From: Eubacteriales bacterium
Lineage (GTDB): Bacteria; Bacillota; Clostridia; Oscillospirales; QAKW01
Length of the DNA: 64,000 nucleotides
NCBI GenBank assembly: GCA_045544255.1
Contig: JAZPYP010000074.1
Coordinates: 9,411 to 73,410 of the forward strand
Direction: 5' to 3'
The notes under the pieces are model-generated. The model saw nothing but the letters and a program-made list of their open reading frames with translations. It did not search any database and was not told where the DNA came from. Both the position numbers and the translations under genes were made by a program. Positions 53,960-61,947 of the stretch are shown in pieces. Positions within the stretch are counted from its first letter, which is position 1. Every line of letters begins with the position of its first letter.

Positions 53960-54866
53960 GCTGATTTCTGATGCATCGGGGATTCGCCTGGATTCTTTTA
54001 TAGCTGCTCATTGCGAGCAGCTTTCGCGCTCTCGGATCGAGGCTTTGATTAAAGAAGGCGCAGTTCTTTTGAATGATAAAATCGTTCCAAAAAGTGCGAA
54101 GGTTTGCGAAGGGGATTGCATCTCCTTGGAGCTTCCGCCGTTGGAAGAGGCGGCTCCGCAACCGGTGCCTATGGATCTTGATATCATCTATGAAGATGAT
54201 GACCTTTTAGTTATTAATAAGCCTAAAGGCCTTGTGGTGCATCCTGCACCCGGTCATTTGGAAGATACCCTTGTGAATGGCCTTTTGGCCCATTGCGGAG
54301 AAGGCTTATCGGGTATTAACGGAGAGAAGCGCCCCGGCATTGTTCATCGGATAGATAAAGATACCAGCGGGTTATTGGTTGTTGCAAAAAATGATGCGGC
54401 GCATAAAGGGTTATCCTCTCAATTCGAAACCCATTCCATTGATCGCCGCTATGAAACGATTGTTTTTGGAAAAATGCCTGCGGAGAAAGGAACTGTTGAT
54501 GCCCCGATCGGCCGCGCCCAGAATGATCGCAAGAAAATGGCGGTTGGCGCGCGAAACGGGAAGCGCGCGGTTACCCACTATCATGTTCTTCGCCAATATG
54601 AGCGGTTTTGCCATGTGGCTTGCGAACTTGAAACCGGCAGAACCCATCAAATTCGGGTACATCTTTCCTCTATTGGTCATTTTGTGATCGGCGATGAGGT
54701 TTATGGGCGGAAAATCCCGAATTTGAATCTTGATTTTGAAGGGCAATGCCTTCATGCAAGGGTTTTGGGGTTTGATCATCCGATTACCGGCGAGCATCTT
54801 CGCTTTGAAAGCCCTTTGCCGGAATATTTTGAAAAACTCTTGACAAAACTGGATAGAATGGAGTAA
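53946..54866 (+). CDS. rluD: RluA-family 23S rRNA pseudouridine synthase (RluD type)
   Basis: N-terminal S4 domain, catalytic HRIDKDTSGLLVVAK, and GRTHQIRVH. Confidence 0.92.
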   Translation: MERFELISDASGIRLDSFIAAHCEQLSRSRIEALIKEGAVLLNDKIVPKSAKVCEGDCISLELPPLEEAAPQPVPMDLDIIYEDDDLLVINKPKGLVVHPAPGHLEDTLVNGLLAHCGEGLSGINGEKRPGIVHRIDKDTSGLLVVAKNDAAHKGLSSQFETHSIDRRYETIVFGKMPAEKGTVDAPIGRAQNDRKKMAVGARNGKRAVTHYHVLRQYERFCHVACELETGRTHQIRVHLSSIGHFVIGDEVYGRKIPNLNLDFEGQCLHARVLGFDHPITGEHLRFESPLPEYFEKLLTKLDRME

Positions 54867-54883
54867 TATTTAATTACAATTTT

Positions 54884-54970
54884 AAACGGGGTGCTGAGTA
54901 AACTCGGCTGAGAGGATGAATGAATTCATCTAACCCATGAACCTGATGCGGGTAATGCCGACGTAGGAAC
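54884..54970 (+). promoter_or_regulatory. TPP (THI-box) riboswitch aptamer
   Basis: GGGGTGC...CTGAGA...ACCC...AACCTGATGCGGGTAATGCCGACGTAGGAA matches the conserved TPP aptamer core. Confidence 0.9.
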
Positions 54971-54988
54971 TATATTTTGCCTTTTATT

Positions 54989-55027
54989 AGGCCCTGCGCT
55001 GACATACTGCGCAGGGTCTTTCTTTTT
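54989..55027 (+). terminator. Expression-platform terminator of the TPP riboswitch
   Basis: GCCCTGCGC / GCGCAGGG stem followed by TCTTTCTTTTT. Confidence 0.8.
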
Positions 55028-55045
55028 CGATAGGAGGTAAAAAAG

Positions 55046-55702
55046 ATGAAGAAAGAACGCGTACATATGTTGGTTGAGAGCGCTATGCTGATAACGCTCG
55101 GAATTGCTTTGGAGCTTGGGAGTAAATTATTGATTCCTGAGATGCCGTTTGGAGGGCAGCTTACTTTAGCAAGCATGTTGCCATTGGTGCTGATCTCATA
55201 TCGCTATGGAGTGCGGTGGGGACTTTTCTGCGGCGCTGCATACTCTATTTTGCAGATGGCGATCGGAACCAAAACGGTAATGGCGGCTTTTCAACCCGGT
55301 TATTTTGGCGATGAAAGAATGATTTTAAACGCTATGGTTATGGTGCTTTTAGATTATTTTTTGGCTTATTTGCTTTTGGGACTTGGCGGGATTTTTCGCA
55401 ACCGGATCAAAAAGTCGGGGGTGGCTTTAATGTGCGGCAGCATTGTGGCGCTTTTGTGCCGCTATGCAGCGCATATCTTTTCCGGTTTTATTCTCTTTTC
55501 GGGATGGGCAGAATGGTTCTTTACCCAAGAGGGATTTCCTCTTTGGGGAAAAACATTGGTGGAAAATCTCGGCGACGGGATGCTTGGATTAACCTATAGT
55601 ATTGTATATAACGGTATGTTTATGATCCCCGAAATTATTATCACAGCGATCGCGGCTATTCTTATTGCAAGAGTGCCGAAAATTGTGGTTAAAATGAATT
55701 GA
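55046..55702 (+). CDS. thiT: ECF-type thiamine transporter S component ThiT
   Basis: Six-TM protein behind the TPP riboswitch. The pattern (AMLITLGIALELG...GGQLTLASMLPLVLISYRYG) is typical of ThiT. Confidence 0.82.
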   Translation: MKKERVHMLVESAMLITLGIALELGSKLLIPEMPFGGQLTLASMLPLVLISYRYGVRWGLFCGAAYSILQMAIGTKTVMAAFQPGYFGDERMILNAMVMVLLDYFLAYLLLGLGGIFRNRIKKSGVALMCGSIVALLCRYAAHIFSGFILFSGWAEWFFTQEGFPLWGKTLVENLGDGMLGLTYSIVYNGMFMIPEIIITAIAAILIARVPKIVVKMN

Positions 55703-55708
55703 TTTTAG

Positions 55709-55745
55709 AAAAGAAACGATCAAAATGATCGTTTCTTTTTTTATA
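55709..55745 (+). terminator. Intrinsic terminator after thiT
   Basis: AAAGAAACGATC / GATCGTTTCTTT stem followed by a T tract. Confidence 0.85.
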
Positions 55746-55751
55746 TTTTAC

Positions 55752-55781
55752 TTTACAAATAGGGTAATAATATATTATAAT
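55752..55781 (+). promoter_or_regulatory. Candidate pyrH operon promoter
   Basis: TTTACA (55752-55757), 18-nt spacer, TATAAT (55776-55781). Confidence 0.5.
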
Positions 55782-55817
55782 AATATAAAATAATGTCTAC
55801 TGGGAGTGTGACGATTT

Positions 55818-56534
55818 ATGGCTAAAATTGCTTATCGCAGAATTCTTTTGAAATTAAGCGGAGAAGCCCTTGCCGGAAAGAATAAAACCGGTGTGGATTT
55901 CGATTATGTCCTGAAGATTTGTTCGCATATTAAAGAGTGTGTGGATCTTGGGGTTCAGGTTGCCATCGTTGTTGGCGGCGGTAACTATTGGAGAGGCCGC
56001 AGTAATCAGCAGATGGATCGCACCAGAGCGGATTACATTGGGATGTTGGCAACCACTATGAACGCTCTTACCGTTCAAGATGCATTGATTCAGAATGGTC
56101 TTGATTGCCGCGTGATGAGCGCAATCGAGATGCGCCAGATTGCCGAGCCTTTTATTCGCAATCGTGCTATTTCGCATTTGGAAAAAGGCAGAGTGGTTAT
56201 TTTTGCAAGCGGTACCGGTAATCCTTTCTTTTCTACCGATACTTGCGCCGCCCTTCGCGCCGCAGAAGTTAATGCTGATGTAATCTTTAAAGCAACAAAT
56301 GTGGATGGTGTTTATACTGCTGATCCCAAGAAGGATCCTTCCGCAAAGAAATTGCACCATATTCGCTATATTGATGTTTTGAAAGATCAGCTTCAGGTAA
56401 TGGATAGCGCGGCAGCAGCTCTTTGCAATGAAAATAATATTCCCATCTATGTCTTTGATATGTCGAATCCCGAAAATATTGTAGCGGCAGTTCAAGGCGA
56501 TGATATTGGTACAACAATTGATAAAGGAGAATAA
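55818..56534 (+). CDS. pyrH: UMP kinase
   Basis: [23 protein letters not shown] and [11 protein letters not shown] motifs. Confidence 0.96.
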   Translation: MAKIAYRRILLKLSGEALAGKNKTGVDFDYVLKICSHIKECVDLGVQVAIVVGGGNYWRGRSNQQMDRTRADYIGMLATTMNALTVQDALIQNGLDCRVMSAIEMRQIAEPFIRNRAISHLEKGRVVIFASGTGNPFFSTDTCAALRAAEVNADVIFKATNVDGVYTADPKKDPSAKKLHHIRYIDVLKDQLQVMDSAAAALCNENNIPIYVFDMSNPENIVAAVQGDDIGTTIDKGE

Positions 56535-56538
56535 AACT

Positions 56539-57090
56539 ATGGCAAACTACATTGAATTTGAAGAGAAGATGAAGAAAACAATCGTTGCGCTCAGCAATGA
56601 TTATGCAGGCTTGCGCGCCGGTCGCGCAAATGCGGCGATTCTGGATCGGTTGCGTGTTGAATATTATGGCGCCTCCAGCAAAATCAACGAAGTGGCCGCG
56701 GTTACTGTTCCCGAACCTCGTATGCTCGTGATTCAGCCTTGGGATGTAACTGTTCTGAAAGAGATTGAAAAGGCAATTCTTGCTTCCGATATCGGAATTA
56801 CTCCCACCACCGATGGTAAGGTGATTCGCCTTGCATTCCCTCAACCCACTGAGGAACGCAGAAGAGAACTTGCAAAAGACGCAAAAAAATATGGCGAGGA
56901 TGCCAAGGTTGCCATCCGCAATATTCGCAGAGATGCTTTGGATAAATTTAAGAAGCAAGAAAAAGCTCATGAAATTACTGAAGATGAGCTCAAGGGCATT
57001 GAAACCGATATTCAGAAGCTGACCGATAAATATGTTGCAGAAATCGATAAGATGGTTAGCGAAAAAGAAAAAGAGATTATGGCAGTTTAA
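56539..57090 (+). CDS. frr: Ribosome recycling factor
   Basis: Sequence LRAGRANAAILDRLRVEYYG...IRNIRRDALDKFKK. Start at ATG 56539 after AAAGGAGA. Confidence 0.96.
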   Translation: MANYIEFEEKMKKTIVALSNDYAGLRAGRANAAILDRLRVEYYGASSKINEVAAVTVPEPRMLVIQPWDVTVLKEIEKAILASDIGITPTTDGKVIRLAFPQPTEERRRELAKDAKKYGEDAKVAIRNIRRDALDKFKKQEKAHEITEDELKGIETDIQKLTDKYVAEIDKMVSEKEKEIMAV

Positions 57091-57111
57091 TCACTGCAAA
57101 GGAGGCCTATT

Positions 57112-57849
57112 ATGGGGTTATTTAAGAAAAAACAAATAAAAATCGATCCCGATCGGCTTCCAAAGCATGTGGGAATTATTATGGACGGCAACGGGCGCTG
57201 GGCGCAAAAACGCGGCCTGCCCCGCTATGCCGGCCATGTTGCAGGAGCGAAGGTATTTAAGACGATTGCCTATTACGCGCGAGACATTGGTTTGAAAAAT
57301 CTTACGGTTTATGCTTTTTCTACTGAAAACTGGCAACGCCCCGAGGAAGAAGTATCAAGAATCATGAAGGTTTTGGAAGAATTTATCGATGACGCGCTGA
57401 ATACCTTTGAAGAGGAGAAGGTTCGGATCCGTTTTCTTGGTGATCTATCTGTTTTTACCGGTATTTTGCGAGAAAAAATGGATCGTATAGTGGCATCAAC
57501 TGCGCACTTCCCCGGCTTGACCTTGAATATTGCCATGAACTATGGCGGTCAGCACGAGATTGTGCATGGAGTGCGAAAAGCGGCGGAGTTATATAAAAGC
57601 GGAGCCCTTTCTCTGGAGGAGCTTACTCCGGAGCAATTTGGGAAGCTTTTATATTTTGATGATTGCGATTCAGTTGATTTGATTATTCGCCCCAGCGGCG
57701 AGCTTCGGCTTTCAAATTTTCTTCTTTGGCAGGCGGCCTATGCTGAATTTTGGTTTTCCGATATTCTTTGGCCCGATTTCAAGCCGGAGCATTTAGATCA
57801 AGCAATCATCGAATTTCAAAAACGCAACAGGAGGTTTGGGGGAGTATGA
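57112..57849 (+). CDS. uppS: Isoprenyl transferase (undecaprenyl diphosphate synthase)
   Basis: HVGIIMDGNGRWA, FSTENWQRP and RPSGELRLSNFLLWQ motifs. Confidence 0.95.
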   Translation: MGLFKKKQIKIDPDRLPKHVGIIMDGNGRWAQKRGLPRYAGHVAGAKVFKTIAYYARDIGLKNLTVYAFSTENWQRPEEEVSRIMKVLEEFIDDALNTFEEEKVRIRFLGDLSVFTGILREKMDRIVASTAHFPGLTLNIAMNYGGQHEIVHGVRKAAELYKSGALSLEELTPEQFGKLLYFDDCDSVDLIIRPSGELRLSNFLLWQAAYAEFWFSDILWPDFKPEHLDQAIIEFQKRNRRFGGV

Positions 57850-58700
57850 TGAAAAATTTCATGCAAAGATTATGGACATCGCTGATTATTTTAGGGGTGT
57901 TTTTAGCTTTATTCCTGATTTCTGATTTTTCACCGTTCTTTGAAATCGCTGTTGCCATTTTGATTTGTCTTTGCATCTACGAAGCATTAACCTGTACCGG
58001 TTGCGCAACGCAAAAGAAGCTATTGATTCCATGCTTGGTCTATGGTGCAGTTGTTCCTCTTTCTTTTATTTTCAGAGATTTTCTCTTTCCGGGCAGAAGT
58101 CCCTATTATGGAGTGATTTTAGCTTCCTTTGTTTATCTTTTGGTATTATTTATCATGTTGATGGTTAATTTCGAAAATACCAAATTTTCAGATGCAACCA
58201 TTGCTATGTTTATCACATTTGTGATCACCTGCTTCCTCACTAATATTATTTTTATCCGCAGGGTAGATGAGCATGGATTTTTCTATATGGTTCTCTGCAT
58301 TGTTTGCGGCGCATGGTGCACCGATATCTTTGCCTATCTGGTTGGTATTCTGATCGGAAAGCATCGCCCGTTTCCTTTGATCAGCCCCAAAAAATCTATT
58401 GAAGGCTGTATCGGTGGAGCGCTTTGCTCCGTTGGAATTTATTTTTTGTTTTGCAAATTGTATCAAAATTTCACCGGAGTTGAGATGAATTGGATTTTGG
58501 TGCTTGTTTATAGCATTTGTTGCACCTTGATCGGCCAGATCGGGGATCTATCTTTTTCTTATATTAAGCGCTCCTATGGCATTAAGGATTTCGGCAAAGT
58601 TTTGCCCGGTCATGGCGGCTTTTTGGATCGGCTTGATAGCTTGATCTTTATTGCGCCGATGTTCTATGCGCTTATCAATACTGAAAGTTTTATCGGGTGA
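57846..58700 (+). CDS. cdsA: Phosphatidate cytidylyltransferase
   Basis: C-terminal signature SYIKRSYGIKDFGKVLPGHGGFLDRLDS. ATGA overlap with uppS. Confidence 0.9.
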   Translation: MMKNFMQRLWTSLIILGVFLALFLISDFSPFFEIAVAILICLCIYEALTCTGCATQKKLLIPCLVYGAVVPLSFIFRDFLFPGRSPYYGVILASFVYLLVLFIMLMVNFENTKFSDATIAMFITFVITCFLTNIIFIRRVDEHGFFYMVLCIVCGAWCTDIFAYLVGILIGKHRPFPLISPKKSIEGCIGGALCSVGIYFLFCKLYQNFTGVEMNWILVLVYSICCTLIGQIGDLSFSYIKRSYGIKDFGKVLPGHGGFLDRLDSLIFIAPMFYALINTESFIG

Positions 58701-58705
58701 ATGAA

Positions 58706-59857
58706 ATGAAAAAAATTTCAATTCTCGGTTCAACAGGATCAATCGGTACCCAGACCCTTGCAGTTTGCAGGGATCTGGGCCTTTCCGTCGCTGCAGTTTC
58801 TGCGGCGCGTAATATCGATCTGTTGGAAGAGCAAATTCGCGAGTTTAATATTCCTTTGGCCAGTGTATACGATGAAGGGCAAGCGGAAAAACTGAAAGAA
58901 AGGCTCTGCGATATTCCTTGCACCGTTTTGAGCGGAAATGATGGAAATTGCAGGGTTGCCGAAGCAGAAGAGGCCTCCATTGTTGTAACCGCAATGATGG
59001 GAATGATTGGCCTTCGCCCAACTTTAGCGGCAATCGAAGCAGGGAAGGATATTGCTCTTGCCAATAAGGAAACCCTTGTTTGCGCCGGTCAAATTGTTAT
59101 GCAACGTGCGCGGGAAAAGGGAGTGCGTATCCTTCCCGTGGATAGCGAGCACAGCGCTATTTTTCAAGCGTTGCAAGGCAAAGCGGATAATAAAATCAAA
59201 AAGATTTTGCTTACAGCTTCGGGTGGCCCCTTTTTTGGCAAAACCACCGAAGATCTTGAGGGGGTAACGGCTTCTGATGCCCTTAAGCATCCAAATTGGA
59301 GCATGGGCTCAAAAATAACCATTGATAGCGCAACTCTAATGAATAAGGGCCTTGAATGGATGGAGGCGAAATGGCTTTTTGATATTAGCGATGAGCAAAT
59401 TGAAATTTTGGTTCATCGAGAAAGCATTGTCCATTCGGCGGTTGAATTCGAAGATGATTCTATTCTTGCTCAAATGGGGGTTCCCTCCATGTATTTGCCG
59501 ATCAAATACGCGCTGACTTATCCTGATCGGGTGCCCAGCGGCAATTTTAATCTTTCGCTTATTGGAAAAACCTTGCATTTTGAGCACCCGGATGAAGATA
59601 CATTTCGTTGCTTAAAACTTGCGAAAGAGGCCAGCCGTGCAGGAGGGCTTTATCCCACTGTTCTTAATGGCGCAAATGAGCAGGCAGTTGCTTTATTCCT
59701 TCAGGAGAGGATTCCGTTTTTATCTATTGCTAAATTGGTTGAAAAATCGCTTGAAGCAACCCCTGCAGGGAAGGGTTTGCTGCTTGATGAAGTGATTCGC
59801 GCTGATGAGATGGCGCGAGAAAATGTTTTATCTATTTTTGAAAAGGGCAATTTTTAA
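58706..59857 (+). CDS. dxr: 1-deoxy-D-xylulose 5-phosphate reductoisomerase
   Basis: ILGSTGSIGTQTL NADPH motif, ALANKETLV, DSEHSAIFQ and NKGLEWMEA. Confidence 0.95.
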   Translation: MKKISILGSTGSIGTQTLAVCRDLGLSVAAVSAARNIDLLEEQIREFNIPLASVYDEGQAEKLKERLCDIPCTVLSGNDGNCRVAEAEEASIVVTAMMGMIGLRPTLAAIEAGKDIALANKETLVCAGQIVMQRAREKGVRILPVDSEHSAIFQALQGKADNKIKKILLTASGGPFFGKTTEDLEGVTASDALKHPNWSMGSKITIDSATLMNKGLEWMEAKWLFDISDEQIEILVHRESIVHSAVEFEDDSILAQMGVPSMYLPIKYALTYPDRVPSGNFNLSLIGKTLHFEHPDEDTFRCLKLAKEASRAGGLYPTVLNGANEQAVALFLQERIPFLSIAKLVEKSLEATPAGKGLLLDEVIRADEMARENVLSIFEKGNF

Positions 59858-60888
59858 TGCAAACTGTTTTTAATATCATTATAACGATATTTGTTTTTGG
59901 ATTGTTGATTTTATCTCATGAAGCAGGCCATTTCTTTACTGCATTATGGGCCAAAATTAAAATTCACGAATTTTCTATTGGGATGGGGCCGGCAATTTAT
60001 AAGCGCCAAGGCAAACGCTGCTTATTTGCAATTCGCGCATTCCCGATCGGAGGATATGTGCAAATGGAAGGGGAGGATGGAGAAAGCGATGATGAAAACG
60101 CTTTTTCCAAAAAGCCTCGTTGGAAGCGTTTTTTGGTTCTTGTGATGGGCGCAGCAATGAATATTCTTATGGGCTTTTTGCTGATCTGCTGCGTTAATGC
60201 TGCAACCTCTCTCTATCCAACAACTGTTGTGGCGGAGTTTAATGAGAATGCGGTATCGATAGAATCGGGCCTTCAAGAAGGAGATAAGATCATTTCGATT
60301 GATGATTATCGCATCTTTTCCTATATGGATATCTCCTATGCTTTATCCAAAGATAGCAAGGCAGAGGATTTTGATCTTTTGGTAGAGCGAAAAGGGAAAA
60401 GAGTAACTCTTGAAAATGTTGAATTTCCAATTATTGAAGATGAAACCTATGGATCTTTTCATGATACAGATTTTAAAGTTTATGGCGAAAAAAGATCAAT
60501 AGGCTCTGTTTTTCGATATTCTTTTGGCTATACCATTTCGGTTTGCAGGTCTATTTATTCCTTTATTGGAACAATTTTTACCGGTGGCGCTGATTTTAGT
60601 CAGGTTACCGGACCGGTGGGCACCGCTTCGGCTATCGGCCAAAGCGCTACCGTTGGCTTGAATTCGCTTTTATTGATGATCGCCATGATCTCGATTAATT
60701 TGGGTGTTATGAATTTGCTTCCGTTTCCGGCATTGGATGGGGGAAGGATTCTTTTGCTCTTGATTGAAGCCATTCGGCGGAAGCCTTTAAATCCGAAGGT
60801 TGAAACCGTTTTGAATGGTGTGGGCCTGATTTTGTTGATGGGCCTGATGCTGGTGGTTACTTTTAAGGATATAATAGGGCTATTTTAG
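59857..60888 (+). CDS. rseP: RIP site-2 metalloprotease RseP/RasP
   Basis: HEAGHF zinc motif, a central PDZ-like segment, and NLLPFPALDGG. Confidence 0.9.
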   Translation: MQTVFNIIITIFVFGLLILSHEAGHFFTALWAKIKIHEFSIGMGPAIYKRQGKRCLFAIRAFPIGGYVQMEGEDGESDDENAFSKKPRWKRFLVLVMGAAMNILMGFLLICCVNAATSLYPTTVVAEFNENAVSIESGLQEGDKIISIDDYRIFSYMDISYALSKDSKAEDFDLLVERKGKRVTLENVEFPIIEDETYGSFHDTDFKVYGEKRSIGSVFRYSFGYTISVCRSIYSFIGTIFTGGADFSQVTGPVGTASAIGQSATVGLNSLLLMIAMISINLGVMNLLPFPALDGGRILLLLIEAIRRKPLNPKVETVLNGVGLILLMGLMLVVTFKDIIGLF

Positions 60889-60899
60889 GAGGATAATTT

Positions 60900-61946
60900 G
60901 TGAGTAGAAAAGTCAAGGTGGGCAATTTAATACTCGGCGGAGACCAAATCTATATTCAGTCGATGCTCTCCACTGCAGCAGGGGATCATGGGGCGGCAAT
61001 CGCTCAAGCAAAGGCCCTTGAAGCGGCCGGATGCCATATTTTGCGGTTGAGTATACCTGATATGGAATCAGTTGAAACCATTCGCCTTTTGAAAAGGGAG
61101 GTTTCCATGCCCATTGTTGCTGATATTCATTTTGATTATCGCCTTGCTTTGGCTTCTGTTGAGGCGGGAGTTGATAAAATTCGCATAAATCCCGGCAATA
61201 TTGGTTCAGATGAAAAAGTTGAGGCTGTTGTTATGGCCTGCAAGGAAAAGAAAATTCCGATCCGAATCGGCGTTAACGGCGGTTCTTTGGAAAAAGAGCT
61301 TCTTGAGCAGTATGGTTCTCCCACCCCTGAAGCTTTGGTTGAAAGCGCCATGCGCCATGTTCGTTTATTGGAAAAATTCGATTTTCATGATATTGTAATT
61401 TCCATTAAGAGCTCTAATGTTAAAAATATGATTTCGGCTTATCGTATTTTAGCGCAAAAATGCGATTATCCTCTTCATCTCGGTGTTACTGAAGCGGGAA
61501 CGCGCGAGATGGGAATTGTGAAAAACGCTATCGGGATCGGCGCTCTTCTTGCCGATGGAATCGGCGCCACTTTGCGCGTTTCTTTAACGGCAGATCCTGT
61601 TGATGAAATTGATGCGGGTTTTCGGATTTTGCGAGCGCTCGATTTGGATAAAGGGGCATGCCAGCTTGTTTCTTGCCCCACCTGCGGGCGTACAAAAATT
61701 CCGGTGATTGAAATTGCAGAAAAGGTTGAAAAAGCCCTTCAGCTAAATCGCTCGGGATTGAAGGTCGCTGTGATGGGGTGTGCAGTTAATGGCCCCGGAG
61801 AAGCAAGAGAGGCTGATGTTGGTATCGCAGGCGGCGATGGTGAAGGCCTGATTTTTAAAAAGGGGAAAATTATCAAAAAGGTGCCCCAAGAGCAATTATT
61901 TGATGAACTTATGAAAGAAATTGCCGCGATGGCAAAGGAAGAATAA
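60900..61946 (+). CDS. ispG: 4-hydroxy-3-methylbut-2-en-1-yl diphosphate synthase (flavodoxin), GTG start
   Basis: IRINPGNIG, and the Fe-S cysteines in SCPTCGRT and GCAVNGPGEA. Confidence 0.95.
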   Translation: MSRKVKVGNLILGGDQIYIQSMLSTAAGDHGAAIAQAKALEAAGCHILRLSIPDMESVETIRLLKREVSMPIVADIHFDYRLALASVEAGVDKIRINPGNIGSDEKVEAVVMACKEKKIPIRIGVNGGSLEKELLEQYGSPTPEALVESAMRHVRLLEKFDFHDIVISIKSSNVKNMISAYRILAQKCDYPLHLGVTEAGTREMGIVKNAIGIGALLADGIGATLRVSLTADPVDEIDAGFRILRALDLDKGACQLVSCPTCGRTKIPVIEIAEKVEKALQLNRSGLKVAVMGCAVNGPGEAREADVGIAGGDGEGLIFKKGKIIKKVPQEQLFDELMKEIAAMAKEE

Positions 61947-61947
61947 A

